The position numbers and the translations under genes are program-made. The notes beneath the pieces are model-generated. The model saw only the letters and a program-made list of their open reading frames with translations. It had not been told where the DNA came from and ran no database searches. Positions 42,113 through 56,469 of a stretch of DNA of 64,000 nt are shown here, piece after piece (the stretch's first letter is position 1; each line of letters starts with the position of its first letter). Origin of the DNA: Mytilus trossulus (lineage: Eukaryota); contig NC_086380.1 in assembly GCF_036588685.1 (NCBI RefSeq), positions 55,118,001-55,182,000 of the forward strand, written 5' to 3'.

Positions 42113-42342
42113 CTTTCCTTATCGGACGTTTCTGTGGTATACCTACTACATATGGTAATATGATGTTACTTTCAACCTCAATTAAACGCAGTAGAATCAT
42201 TTGCGTGTCCATATGTTCTCCGAACCGTGCTTGCCTTGGAGTCAACTTTAATAAGGAAACACATGATTGCGAGCTTGTGTCTGGTGGACAGATAATCCAA
42301 ACCATCGGTCGTCAGGATTGGTCATTCTATACAAAATGTTAA
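42113..42342 (+). CDS. Paralog 2 exon 3: PAN/Apple domain
   Basis: Acceptor tttttag|, 230 nt as in paralog 1. Reads RFCG...CVSICSPNRACLGVNFNKETHDCE...WSFYTKC*. Confidence 0.88.
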
Positions 42343-44999
42343 ACCTAGTCTAGCCTTATTGTTTAAAACATTGGTAAACATTGCTTATTCATGTTATTGG
42401 AGGTTTTATCTTCTGTACAAGTGAAAAAAAATAGATAAGTTTAAATTGTAAAAGATGAAATTATAGCGTTCGTTTATTATTGTATTTTTACATGGAAAAA
42501 TATTAAAGTTTATTTAATTCGACCTTTGTGACTAAGAAAATAAAATGCTATCCCTTTTTTGCAGAGTGTTTTTTTTTATTTGTGTGATACCTATGACTTT
42601 GTTCTAAAAAATAAAAACATCAAATCGAATGTTAATGGTTTTTAATTATTTGTGACCTCCTAATCATAGTATAGATATATTAGGGGGGGGGGGGGAGAAA
42701 AGGAGACCTATTTATTTTAATATACATAAAAAGACACTGAGAACTGTATAATTAAACATTACTAAACATATTAATAAATTAGAAAGAAATATATATGAGT
42801 TACACATACAAATGGCAAGCATTTAAATGAAATACATCCCACGTATGTGTAAAAAATGTTAAACGTATTCAATATAAATGATTGCCATCTCTTCACGAGA
42901 GTTTAGTTGAAGAAGAAGTTGACACATTATAATCCAAACGTTTCGTGAATTTGCTTAAGTTATAATAATTTGAAAATCTGAAAGTTTATCAATGAATTAA
43001 GTATGTTTTAATTAGGTTCGATCAGTTCAAAAATGCGCACTTCTTCAAGTTCAAACTCCACTTTAGCATTGAATCGCACTAATAAATAGTTTATAAGAAC
43101 AACCTGATAGATTTTGTTTTTAAATATAGTATCGATGTTCAACCTAATTTTTCATAAACTTACAACTTTATTTGATCACTGAGACACCAACATACATGTA
43201 ACAAGAGGAAAACAATAATTACATATATACAAGCAATACAAAACAATGGAGGTCATAACAGGAGAAAATCAACATAAATACATTTTTCAACAAGATACGT
43301 ACGAGTAGAGTATGAATAATCGATCCATGTGATCATTAAACATATCGCAACATTTCCAACACAACAATTCATCTTAAATATGTACCATTTGTTCCAGTGT
43401 TAAGTGAACTCTGTTTCAAAGTAATTAACTTTCAAAACACTAGTTTATATTGATGAGGAATTAATAAAGATGGCTTATTATTATACATGTTAAAGAATTT
43501 CAAAAAGAAAAATGGGGGACACCGGGCAAATTTGTTCAAGGCATTCAAATGGACCAGAGGATTCCGACAATCTGACAAAAAAAAAACATGACAAGCCAGC
43601 TTCCTAAAACAAAAAATGAGAACTGAATAATATGTAGTAAACTCTCGATACCTTTACTTCAAAAGTATTTTATTGGAATATGTCGTTATTGAATTGTTTG
43701 TGCTCCTTCAGACATGTATCACAACTTATTTAGTGTAATGGAAAAGAAGATGTATGTTTGTATTGTTCACACATCGGTCTCAATATAATGGATATTGATG
43801 CAACTGTCATACAAGTAAGATGTGTATCGCTATAAAACCAAGTTTGATCCACCTTTTTCTAAATAAGATAGCCTGTATCAAGTCAGGAATATGACAGATC
43901 TTGTTATTATTTCGTTTGACGTGTTTAAACTTTTGATTTTGTCATTTACTAAGGGACTCTCCGTTTTGAACTTTCCTCGGGGTTCAGTATTTTTTTTTGT
44001 AATTTAACTTTCTTAACTAATGTTGAAACCAAACAGGCTCGTGAATGATTGAGATGATAATAGGAATGAAAATTATTAAGAAATCAATTTCGATAAAATT
44101 GTATAAAGCTTTGATTATGACTGATTTATCTGTGCTAAAAAATAAACAGTGGACAAAATAAAAATAAAATATCATCTCAAAATCACAATTGTAGAAAATG
44201 TGTTCACTAATCTTAAACTAGTTACATGCATCACAAATGCAAAAAGTAAGATTTGAAAATTTCCAAAAATTACAGGGTTTGCTACAGTACGAGTTTATAA
44301 CAGTATGACAATCATTTGTTTTTCAAATGCAAATGAAAATGAATTACCCGTATTTAATCGACGCATACGTTACTAAAACACGTCAAAACATTTTAGATCT
44401 ATATAGTTTGTGTCAGTTTATTAGTTTCTGTTTATTTTGGTGTTTAATCTCGAAATTAATGTTTTTAATTGATTTTGTTCAATAAAAATCTTAGAATTTG
44501 AAGATTCTATACATTTTAATATCGAATTGAAACAAAAGTTTAAGTCGATACAATCAATACTTTTACTAGTATTTGTCTCGACGCCTGGAAATTGTTTTAA
44601 AAATTATTTCAAATTGTATTATCATATTGTTAATAATTATGCAGTTTTAAATGTTAAAAGCTTTTTTGCGCTAAACAATATATGACTAGTCATTTTGATA
44701 TTTGCTCATGTAATAGCGGATATAACCTAGAGTGTTCACAAGTAATAACTAAATTAACAAAATCTAACATTATATGTATCTTCTTTGTCAAAATTAAAAG
44801 GATAACAAATATTTAATTGAAAAATAAACCATCGAAATATTATATTTTGAAATCGGAATTTTGAAATCGGAACAATATTAATATATTTTTAATTGAATCT
44901 TTTCTACGTCATCGTTATCAATTATACATAACAAATATTCCGTGTAAATACATTTTTTAGGAGATGAGATTTATAAGCCATACATTTGCTCTACAAAAT

Positions 45000-45057
45000 A
45001 TGACGAAGAATATTGTTTTTATAATAGTTATCGTGTTTCATGTATATGCATATGGTG
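45000..45057 (+). CDS. Paralog 3 exon 1 (signal peptide)
   Basis: Reads MTKNIVFIIVIVFHVYAYG then G|gtaagt; classic n/h/c signal peptide ending A-Y-G. Confidence 0.8.
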
Positions 45058-45929
45058 GTAAGTGATTTTCCATATTCAGTGTTGTGCCAGAAATTATCAT
45101 TGGTATAGAAGTAAACAATAATTGACTGTTCACACAAAAAAATGAAATAATTAGGCCTTTCTATCTTAGGAAGACTTTACCTGGTTGTATTTGACATACA
45201 TTATATTTTATGCTCTCCGGCTTCGTACTTTTTTCGGCTTCTTTTTTTTTCCTTTTTTTGAATCGAGTGTCACTGATGATTCTTTTGAGCTTTTTTATTT
45301 TGCCATCTGATTAGTGACTTTCTGTTTTGAATTTTCGCCAGAATGCTGTATTTCAGTGAATTTGTAGATGAAACACGCATTTTAATCCTGGTATAATTGA
45401 TGAGTTTATTGACAGGAATCTGATAAAAACAATTCATTATTTATAGTTATCTTATAAATATCTTTATTATCATATTTTAATTTCATTTTTGACAAGTATT
45501 TCATGCAAATTATGGTCCAATAAATTTGCTAAAAACTTTCATTATTAAATGTTTTTGCTATAACATGTATAAAGCGATATCAAATGTAAAACGCCGCACA
45601 GCCTTTCGCATTCATTCCTTAACAAAAAAAAAGTGTACTGTTACATTTGGGAACAAAAGTTTCAGAAATCAGTCACCAACTCATTTTAGCGAATTTGATG
45701 ATACTTGATTAAGAAGTAAATTTGAGATAATTTTATGTTTTTTTTTAGTAGTTCATGTCGTATTAAATTCGTGATCATAAATGATTATATTTGGCGATGA
45801 AAGATTGGTCATAATCGTTATAATGAGTTGTTGTAAATTTTGATTGCGGGTGACATGTATGATAAGTATTTAGAGAAATCTTGATTATATATGTAGGAAT
45901 TGGAACTGCGATGGTACTCCTTAACGATG

Positions 45930-46097
45930 GTCACGCTGAAGTGCGATAGTCTACGCTGAAGTGCGTTGGTGAAAAAGCTGAAGTGCGATAGTGACATTGT
46001 GACGCTTACTTGTTGTAAGAAACGCTGAAGTGTATTCGTGGATACGCTGAAGTGCGATGGGCTTATTTGACGTTGCTTATACAAGCTAAATGCGACG
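45930..46097. repeat. Dispersed short repeats of (C/A)GCTGAAGTGCG in a GC-richer patch
   Basis: About six copies; probably the subterminal repeats of a DNA element. Confidence 0.7.
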
Positions 46098-47589
46098 GTC
46101 TTGGGTTGGAATCATATTTGTAGAGGTATAGTGGCTAGCATGCTAGCCTCATATTTGACTGATCGGGTTTTTATTCCTGCTCAGGTCTAACCAAAGAGGT
46201 TAATCATTCGCTTATATTAGCAAATAGTATATGGGATCAGAAAATATACAGGGTGGCTGGGAGAAATGGGAAATCTCACTTTTAAAGTTGGTCTACTAAT
46301 AATAAATCATAGAAATTTTGGTTAAAATGAATTTTACTTATTTTGGAATTTTAGGAGAAACAAATTGGAGTCACTGATGGGGTTAATAAGTAGGATCCAA
46401 TTTATGTTATCAAATATACTAGTAACTCGTTTTTGTCATATCACACCTTAGAAATTGCTCACAACACCAAGTCATGTAATACGCTTCTTTTCCACTCAGG
46501 ACCAAGTTGGGACCAATCGGTTTTATTTTTTGCCTATCATGTTGCAGAAGGTTAATATTGTAGGCACAAGAAAATTACTGATATTGTGTATTTTTATTAC
46601 ATAGCAGGTTCATCTCAAGCCGCTGAATAAAAGAAAAGTATCGCTACTTGATCATGTTGATATAACGAAACAAAATGCTTATAATTGAATGGTACTTTCA
46701 AAATGTCAAAAACAGTAATAAATCAAGACATTTTAATTATCGCACAAAGCTTTTCCGGCGTACGTATTGTAGTTCCGAACACTGGTTAGCTCATCTATGG
46801 ACCAAGATCATCTTATCCTTTAGCCCTCTTGTTCGCATTGATTTACATAATTTGGTAACCTCCACACCCAATGATTGAAACTGTTTGGGACTTGAATCTT
46901 TCGTTTTATTTTATTTCCGTTTCTTTGTTCGAATGACACTTTTAGCTACGAACCATTTTCTGCTCCTGCCTGCATTTCATTTAAAGCCTTTTGTTTTTTG
47001 CCTTTTTCGTTCTTAGCCATGGCGTTGTCAGTTAGTTTTAGATTTATGAGTTTGACTGTCCGTTGGGTATCTTTAGTCCCTCTTTTATGCGTTCAATGTA
47101 TATGTTACAACGTCTTTTGATTGAGTGAAGCCATTCAAATTGATATTTGATAATGCATCTTTCTAAGTTGTGATGTTATACTATTGTTTCATGTTATAAA
47201 GACGGTTTAGTATATTCAAAAGGTGTAATTCAGCAATATGATGTTCAGTTGTTGTCGTTTGTTGGTGTTGTTTATAAATGTTTCTCATTTCTCGGTTTTT
47301 TATATTGATTAGACAGTTTGATTTACCTATTAAAAGGATTTACACTAGTAATGTTTTGGAGCCCTTTATATCTTGCTTTTTGGTGTGAACCAAGGCTCCG
47401 TGTTGAAGACAGTACATTGACTTTTACCTTTACTGTGACGTAAATTTAGAATTGTCTCACTTGCACTTATAACACATCTTCCTATGCGTGTATATTATAC
47501 ATTATAATTATCGAACACTAATTGTGCATCTACTTATTTCATAGTATTTTTGAAAACCGTTCTTACACATTAAGAGTTTTTAATTGTAG

Positions 47590-48072
47590 ATGAAATTCGA
47601 ATCAGAACCCTGAACGCGGGAAACACTGATTCGAATACGAATCAACATATTTTTGAGGACTACACAAGCCTATCCGATTACCATATTTTTCCCTCAGAAA
47701 AAGAGTTCGTCAGGTTTACCATTGAAACTTGTCATGACGCCTTTATTCTTTTATCTGCTGCAATTGACCTTGAGTCACATGACTTTTATGAAATATGTCT
47801 CGGTGGATCAAATAATCAAGAGACATATATACGTCGAAAATATAATGATGCTAACCCATTCAAGATTTCAACACCTGACATTTTGGGCTGCACAGGGAAA
47901 AGCACATTTGAAATAAGATGGTCAAAGGAAGGAACAATACATCTCGCCAAAGAGTCAGCAGTTGGGATGGAAACAATAATAGACATGAAAGATTCTACCC
48001 CATTACTCATTCAGGGGGTCGGGATCATGACTGCATGGGGATCCGACGGCATTTGGATTTTTGAATCTGCGA
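47590..48072 (+). CDS. Paralog 3 exon 2: Methyltransf_FA domain
   Basis: Acceptor ttgtag| and donor A|gtaagt. Open frame DEIRIRTLNAGN...FTIETCHDAFILLS...FYEICLGG...GVGIMTAWGSDGIW; the ORF track captured only the last 65 aa. Confidence 0.9.
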
Positions 48073-48515
48073 GTAAGTAAACCAATCTTATGTTTTCTTA
48101 TCAACTGAATGTTGTGTATGACAAATTATGCAAATTATTAAATGTGTCTTAAAAACGAGATAAAGTAATTTAATGTAGTGCATTTGAGTATGTTGGATGA
48201 ATAGATAATACACTGAAATTAAAAAGAAAATGAAACGTTTCGTTCGCTGTATAGATACTACACTGAAAATAAAAAGGAAACGATAAGTCAAATCATCTTC
48301 ATCTTACTTATTTGACGTTGGAATGTAGTCGGTAATATTCTCACATATTGATTGGTTGATTGATTAGCAAAGCTACTTTCGTTCTGTTTGTATAATAAAT
48401 AATATTCAAGATAAAATATGTACCAGAATTATTAAGAAACTGAGACTGTCAGTGGTTCTATCATTAGGGCGTATAGTCTGAAGTGTTTTAATTTTTAGAA
48501 CGTATTTAAAACTTT

Positions 48516-48517
<2 letters not shown>

Positions 48518-48546
<29 letters not shown>
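48518..48546. repeat. (TA)n microsatellite
   Basis: Read directly from the sequence. Confidence 0.95.
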
Positions 48547-48552
<6 letters not shown>

Positions 48553-49108
48553 TCGACAATGATTAAAACCCGATTAACATAGAAAGCCACAAAATCCCTA
48601 CTATGAAAAAGATTTTTTTTTTAAATCATGCGAACAATCTGACGGCCTGATTTATGTAGAAAAAAAACAAACGAAAAACAACATGATTAGTAAATACTCA
48701 TACAATCTATTGTTAACGTCCATTTTATAATCAACATGTGAATGATTTTTCAACAAGTTATTCGTCAAGTTCATTTGCTAACCCAATAAACATTATATGA
48801 GAAAGACGCATATACCTGGATAACATAAAATGCCTTCTATTCATCAGAACTTTGACAAACAGATTTAAATGATTATTTCAACCAACATGTTTGTTATCTT
48901 CAAATTATAGATTGTCGCAAAACGATCGACACAAGCTCATTGCAGCCTTTTTCTTAACACAATATTAATTAGTTAGATGAAATTCCTCGCCGTTGTTATT
49001 CCTTTTTAGCATCGAAACACTTTCAGAAGTAAACACATATTAAAGCATATACATAAAAAATTACTGTAAGTATTTAATTCTAACGTGGTCTATTTTTGTA
49101 TCCTCTAG

Positions 49109-49338
49109 AAATGTTTGGCGGACTTTTTTGTGGAGTTCCTTCAACGTTCGGTAGTATGAACTTACTTCCGATATCAGTAAAGCGCAGCAGAATTGCATGT
49201 TTGTTTAAATGTTCACCAAATAGTGCTTGTCATGGAGTCCACTTTAATGAGGAAACCAATGAATGTGAACGTGTGTCTGTAGGACAAGTCATCGATCAGT
49301 CCACCCGTTCCGGTTGGTCATTATATACAAAATGTTGA
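49109..49338 (+). CDS. Paralog 3 exon 3: PAN/Apple domain
   Basis: Acceptor ctctag|, 230 nt. Reads LFCG...CLFKCSPNSACHGVHFNEETNECE...WSLYTKC*. Confidence 0.88.
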
Positions 49339-52300
49339 ACGATGTATAATGCTAAGCTTGTAAATGAAGGACAACACATCGACGAATCCAACATTTTAAC
49401 ACAATATTCAATAAATTCATGCTCAGATTGTCTTAATCTAAATAAAGTCTTAGCGGAAAATTTCGATGTACTGAAGAAAATAACAATATCAATAACACAA
49501 AAACTTTCATATTCCCCATGTGGTAACAACACATCATTATATTTTTTCTCTTTAAACAATCTGTTCATAAAAACTTAATTTTCAACCTATCAGTTCCTAA
49601 AATCATGCATTTATTTTTGTGCAAATCCCATTTAGTCGCTACTCAAAAAGAACTTGTAATACAACATGTCAAATACCTAAAAATTATAGATATTAATAGT
49701 GGTTCTTGTACTGAAATCAGTACACAAAGCATGCCACGAAACATAGGAAGGTACCCAAATGTACGGTACAGTGATAATACAGCCAGACTAGACATTTCAA
49801 GACAACTGGTTTAATTTCGTCCATTTAAGATATTTGAACATCTTACTACTTTTTATGAGCTATGTACTATAGATATAAGAAATGTAGTATGAGTGCCAAT
49901 CAGACAACTTTACATCAAAGTCACAATTTGTGCAAGTAATCATTTTACGTCAAAATACAATCTTCAACACGGAGCCTTTGTTGACACCGACCAGCAAACT
50001 ATCAAGGGATATATGGTTGGTGCTCTCTATTGTCTAGCAGACTCAACAGGAGGGGAAATATCTAGAAGAACTTTTTATCATTCCAGTCATTGATTCGTTA
50101 GAATATTTGATGCATATTGCGGAGCAAAGCTTCGGTTGATCTTTTACAATGTATATAAGTTTTAATGAATATTCAAATTGATGTAAAACAATTCCGTTAT
50201 GAGCAGAATCTTCACTGAATAATCACCTAATACAGCCCTTGTGGAAAAATCCTTACTTGGGTTGACCATTCTGGATAATCCTCGTATCAAAGGCCTTTTT
50301 GTTTTATTAAACCAAACGAACATATTACCATTAAATGTCAAATATATTTACAGATTGTCAAAACACTTACGTTAGAACATATGTTGTGTCTTTTAACATT
50401 TCGCGTATGCACAACACAGGAAGATACTTTCTGTTGAATACAGATACCCCTGAAAAGGCCGTTCACAAACTTTAAATATATCGTCGACACTAGATGATTT
50501 GTCATGTCTTGTTAAGACTTGGAACTTCATCCCTTTATTGACGTCTAATCTGGCCGTTGTCAGATTTTTTTTTGGTCATCTGACATTAAGTGACGTCATA
50601 CTTTATAGGAAGTCCTGATCATTGAGTACGACAATGGTTATTCACCGTTGAATAATAGGGTTATTCTATGAATGCTTCAAATTTGTCGGGTTTTCACCAG
50701 CGAAAAAAGGGATTGTTCCATGGAAGCTACATTTTGCAAGGGTTATTCATTGCTCTTGCCAACTTATAGAGAAAAAATATCGAAAATAAACAATCACACT
50801 TGACCATGCGGTATGGGCTTTGCTATTTGTTGAAGGCCGTACGGTGACATCTAGATGTTAATGTCTGTGTTTGGTATTTTGTAGAAAGTTGTCTCATTAG
50901 AAATAATACCACATCTTCTTTGTAATCCAGAAAAAATGACGCATTCACATATTACTTCTGATTGAAAAGTTATTAGCCTTGTTTCACCTTCACTGAAATT
51001 ACTCGAAATTTAACCCCGCAACTTGAAACCCAAGATAAGTACTTTAATTTATCCGTATTTGGTCCGGTAACTTTTCGAACCGTGTCACCAAAAAACGATA
51101 CAAAACAATACATATCTAGTCAATTGTTACTGTTTTCTTCCATCATTGATTTTTATAAGTAATGTGCATATCGTTTCGTGTGTTGTCTGTAAAAATAAAT
51201 AAATAGTTTCGTTTCTAAAATGGTCATCATAACATAATTTTCCCTTTGAATTTCAGAAATGCAAGTCTCGCTTTTCGTCCTGTTTCTAAAGCTCGTAGAA
51301 ATGAATAAAACGTTTTCCGACAATCTACATTTATAATCAATACATAATTCCACAGTTGTTGAAATGAATTTTTCTTTTAGTTCAATATTTCAACGAGCAG
51401 CGTCGTTTAAATTAGAAAAATCAACTTATTTTTTGAACGGAAAGTCATAAATTTAATGAATATTATTGCGGGATATACGTATACGGTATAAACGGTAAGC
51501 TTCAATGCGTTAGCTATGAACGCGAATGGTTCGATTAATATAGCTAAATATACAATCAAGCGAAATGTTCATAAAAGGGATATGCTGAAAATCATTATTC
51601 ATTTCTGAGAATTCTTATTTTTAAAGATATAAAATTTCAAACAAATATATTCTATTGGGTCTAAATGTTATCATTCTGAAATATGTTTTGACTGTTTCCG
51701 TTAAATATTGCCATTTGTTGTTATATCGTTTCCCTTTGCTCGGCTGCTGTTAAAGCGATACGTGGCTTTTTTTATAAATAGGTAGCGAGGCATGAAGCTC
51801 ATATGATTCAATCCAAATTATCCTCAAACTGAGGAAACAATTTTTGAATTGATGCAATCTTGTTCGCTTTGAAATCGACGTTACTTATTTAGACAAAATT
51901 CTTTTAAAAATCAAATATTTAGCGAAAAAAAACTGTGCAAGACTTTTGCACGAAAGAGAATGCTTAATTTTTTCCTGCTACTGATTATAAATCAAGAAAG
52001 TTAACTTGTCATGTTTTGTATTGTTGGAATTTCGGAACCCTCTGGTTCATCCGTTTTAAGCAACATGAAACAATTTCCAGCTAATTCCCAGTTTTAATTT
52101 TTTTTTAAATGTGCAGTATGTCATTGATACAATTTGAATTCTCAAAAAGAATCTAGATAAATCAGGATAATAAAAGATTTGTAAAAAATATAAAACCCTT
52201 GTTATGTTTAATTACTTTTTGGGAACATCTGTATGTAAAAGATATGAAACAATGTACTGGAGTACTGAACATCGGATGACCGCAAGTCCTAATTGATGGT

Positions 52301-52411
52301 CACAAGCACTTGTTTCAGAAAAGTAAATCAAATTTCTTCACTTGAAAGTGTTGTTAAAGTACAGATCTATATTTTTTTCTGTGCGTGAATGACAAATTCA
52401 ACCTCATCGTA

Positions 52412-52679
52412 TTACTTATGTTATTTCAACTGATCGGGCGGAGCTTACGTTTTAATTTGCATAAGGACAGTCTATTTGAAGATGTGTGTGATAAGGATGA
52501 TTGCCGTTATAATTATTACTGATTTCTAATCACCTATCAGTGCCATCAAAGAAATTTACAAAAGAATAACTGGACACTTCATTTATGAGTTTATTCTAAA
52601 ATACCTATCTATAGATGGACTAGTTTATTATGAGCGAACCGGTTAAACTCCGCCCAGTCAAGGGAAATAAATTGAGTAA
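52412..52679. mobile_element. MITE with TA target-site duplication (related fragment at ~36860-36960)
   Basis: ~35-bp imperfect TIR (TTACTYA..TTATTTC...TGA..GGGCGGAG). The empty site catcgTAgaag is present in the duplicate at ~54004. Confidence 0.88.
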
Positions 52680-53407
52680 TAGAAGTGATACAAATCAGTA
52701 AACTCACAATTAAGCCAATTGTTCTTTAAAGGGATTTGCTGCACATCATTATTCTGAGAATTCTAATTTTAAAACATATATAATTTCATACAAATATATC
52801 CTATTGGGTCTAAATGTTATCATTTTAAAATATGGTTTGACAGTTTCCGTTTAGTATTGCCATTTTTAGATATATCAGTCCTCCTTTTCTCGGCTACTGA
52901 TTAAACGAGAAGTTTTGTTTTTTTTTATGAAAAGGTAGCAATGCATAAAATTCATATGATTCAATCCAAATTATCCTTAAAGTGTAGAAATAATCTTGAA
53001 TTGATGCAATCTTGTTCGCCTTGAAATCGACGTAACTTATTAAGTCAAAACTCTTTATAAAAATCAAATATCTAACGAAAAGAAAACTGTGAAAGACTTT
53101 AGCACGAAAGGGGATGCTTACATTTTTCTGTAATTTTCCTGCTACTGATTATAACAAAGTATAAATCAAGAAAGTTAACTTGTCATGTTTTGTATTGTTG
53201 GAATTTCGGTACCATTTTGTTCATCCGTTTAAAGCACCATGAAACAATTTCCAGCCGACTCTCAGTTTTCAAAAATATCTAAATGTGCAGTATGTCAATG
53301 ATACGATTGGAATTCTCCAAATGAATCAAGATCAATAAGGATAATAAGAGATAAGTAAAAAAATTTATAAAACCCTTGTTATGTTTAAATACTTTTTGAG
53401 AACATCT

Positions 53408-53827
53408 TGATATAGGAAGATGTGGTGTGAGTGCCAATAAGACAACTCTCCATCCAAATAACAATTTAAAAAGTAAACCATTATAGGTTAAAGTACGGCT
53501 TTCAACACGGAGCCTTGGCTCACACCGAACAACAAGCTATAAAGGGCCCCAAAATTACTAGTGTAAAACCATTCAAACGGGAAAACTAACGGTCTAATCT
53601 ATATAAACAAAACGAGAAACCAGAAACACGTATATATTACATAAACAAACGACAACTACTGTACATCAGATTCCTGACTTAGGACAGGTGCAAACATTTG
53701 CAGCGGGATTAAACGTTTTAATGGATCCAAACCTTCTCCCTTTTTCTGAAACAATAGTATAACATCACAACATAGAAAAACTTACAATAAAAAATCAATT
53801 GGCAGACTTAACTAAATCAAAAAATCT
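53408..53827 (+). mobile_element. Dispersed repeat family A, young copy
   Basis: gatataggaagatgtggtgtgagtgccaat...; absent from the sister duplicate (empty site aacatctgtatg at ~52224). Confidence 0.85.
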
Positions 53828-56187
53828 GTATGTTTAAGATATGAATCAAGGTGCTGAAGTATTAAAGATCGGATGACCGCAAGTTCGTGAAGATGGTCAC
53901 AAGCACTTGTCTCAGAAAAGTAAATCAAATCCCTTTACCTGAAAGTGCTGTTAAGGTACAGATCTATATTGTTCTGTGCATTGATGATAAACTCAACCTC
54001 ATCGTAGAAGTAATACAAATCAGTAAACTCTATTTTTTGTTATACATTATTTTAATATTTGTAAATTATAGTTACATGTATATATAATTTTCACTCATTT
54101 GTATATTATTCTATTGTATTATATTAATTATAGTGCTGTGCAAGTGCACTCTTCTGTAATAATTTGATTTTTCTAATAGATAAAATTTGAGTGGGCTTCA
54201 TATTTTCCAGTAAAACATTCAATGTCCCACGCAGAGATAGGGAACAAAGACAGATAACTCTGCATGGGAGACTGCAAACGTTCTTAAGATATTTCTCCGC
54301 ATGCTGTAACACACTTTTCTGTACTTTGCACTTTTTTTTACATGTAGGCTTTGTTTAAATGTTTCGAATAAGTCAGAATAACAAGGCAGAACTTTCAGTT
54401 TTAGCCGATATACACACCATCTTGATATAATTACTTTTCACATATAATATCTGTTTGGTTGCTTCATGATGTGGCTGATATTCAGCTACAACTATTGGCT
54501 TAAAGGAGATAAATAATTACAGACTATTCTCTTCTGAGGATATTAAGCCATCAAATGGAAAATTACCAATGTGTATTATTATACCTTACATATATTGCAA
54601 ACAATTGTATTGGATAACATCTTATCATGTGGCATGGAATAATTCGGTTAATTTTCATTTAATTGCAAGAGAGGACGAATAACCCTCAAATTTTACACCA
54701 GCGGTGAATTACTATATTATTCACCGGCGAATAACTTTTTTAGTGTGTAAATTTGCACTCTAGTTACCTCCTGTGAAAATGACGTCACACACGTAAATAA
54801 ACAAGATTGCAGCGTTCACGTTATACGTGAGAGACGGGGAAATAAGGCTTTAAAAATGAAGAGTGCCTTCAGCCGATGATTTCTCTTATAAACGGTCCTT
54901 TTCAGGGCCATTGATATTTTACAAAAAAAATCTACCTTTATTGTACATCCAGGAAATTCTAGAACACAAATGTATTTTCCGGAGATATTTTCAAACGTGA
55001 GCTTGTGTTTATTATGTAAAAAATAAAGAAAGTGTTCAAAATGCCCCCCGTTGTTAGTTCGGTATAATTAAAAAAAAAATGTAGCCTCTTAATTAGAATC
55101 GATGAATATCCAAAATTGTCAACCCTTAAAATTTATTTTACTTCGGGCTTCGCCCTCATTGGAATAACCTCCTCGTGTTGACACTTTTGGATATTCACCT
55201 CTTCAACGGGCCATAATTGTATATTACATTTAAGATCAAATGTTATTAATTCATGGCCGTTTTATTATGCATATATTACACACTGAAATTGAAAATTGAA
55301 ATATCAACAATTAATACGTCTACTTTGCATTGCTAATCTGCAATGTTTGCTAAAAATGTTCCTGTACAATGTTTTAAAAAATGCATTAAATATATTTTAT
55401 GACTTTATCAATCTAGGCCCACCTTCGGAGAGACACAACTCGAGAATCGTGTCTTAATATTTGTAAATATTTTAATGTTGAACAAGTAAAGTGAAGAAAA
55501 TATAAAAAAGAACGGATGTTGACAAACACTCTTTAAGCAGAACAAAAAATCAAATATCTATTTTACCTTTTTATATCAAACAATATATACAACTTCTACA
55601 TTTCCAATACTAAATCGACAACGCGATGCACACATATTACCTTCAGTTCACATGCAGCATCCAATGGGCATTACCTTGAAAATGAATACAGCGAAGTAGT
55701 TCAGAAATAAAGGCAACAGTAGTATACCGCTGTTCAAAACTCATAAATCCATGGACAAAAAACAAAATCGGGGCAACAAACCAAAACTGAAGGAAACGCA
55801 TTAAATATAAGAGGAGAACAACGACACAACACCGAAACGCAACAGCACACAGAAACGGACCAAGCAACAGACAATACACCACGAGAATAACAAATATAAC
55901 ATCAAAACCAAATACATGAATATGGGATAGATAAGTACCGTGCCACGTCTTATCTCAAAAATAAGAGAAAACAGAAACGAACAATATTATAACAATGTCC
56001 ATCTTCCTGACTTGGTACAGGACACTTTTAAAGGGGAATAAAAGTGGTGGGTTGAACCTGGTTTTAAGGCATGCCAAGCCATTTAGAAAGCTAAAACTTA
56101 TAAAAAAAAATTATTTTCAAAGTAAATATCACTGATGCGTTTTGTTTTAATCTGTTTCAAAAAAGCGTTTACCAGAACCTAATAGGT

Positions 56188-56410
56188 GTTTGCACATAAC
56201 GTAACTGTTGTTTAGACATAACGTAAAGGTTTTTGCACCTAATGTAAAAGATGTTTAGACATAATGTAATAGGCATTTTGACATAATGTAATAGGCATTT
56301 TGACATAATGTAATACGCATTTGCACATAGCGTAATCGTTGTTTGCACATAATGTTAAGGGTATTTGCACATAACGTAATATCATTTGCACATAACGTAA
56401 TCGTTGTTTT
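56188..56410. repeat. ~21-22-bp minisatellite (GCACATAAYGTAA core), about 10 units
   Basis: Read directly from the sequence. Confidence 0.85.
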
Positions 56411-56469
56411 GGATCCTCAATGCACTTGAAAATTTGTACTTGTTTGGCTTCATAATATTTTGATATGAA

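Larger units (their letters stand above)
39269..42342 (+). other. Gene span, paralog 2: secreted Methyltransf_FA + PAN protein, join(39269..39320,40752..41246,42113..42342), 258 aa
   Basis: Same exon structure and phases as paralog 1; the joined frame is open. An upstream in-frame ATG exists at 39254. Confidence 0.85.
45000..49338 (+). other. Gene span, paralog 3: secreted Methyltransf_FA + PAN protein, join(45000..45057,47590..48072,49109..49338), 256 aa
   Basis: Hand-spliced open frame with both introns phase 1. An alternative in-frame ATG exists at 44964. Confidence 0.85.
51574..54030. repeat. Tandem duplication of an ~0.87-kb unit (51574..52705 and 52728..54030), each copy with its own insertion
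   Basis: Long near-identical blocks, e.g. ctattgggtctaaatgttatcatt and aaatcaagaaagttaacttgtcatgttttgtattgttggaatttcgg. Confidence 0.92.

Noticed and set aside
46120-46200. tRNA-like A/B-box sequence
   Set aside because: No cloverleaf can be built; at most a decayed SINE head.
49342-50760. ORFs and coding-looking DNA downstream of paralog 3
   Set aside because: Multiple stops in all frames read and no identifiable motif.
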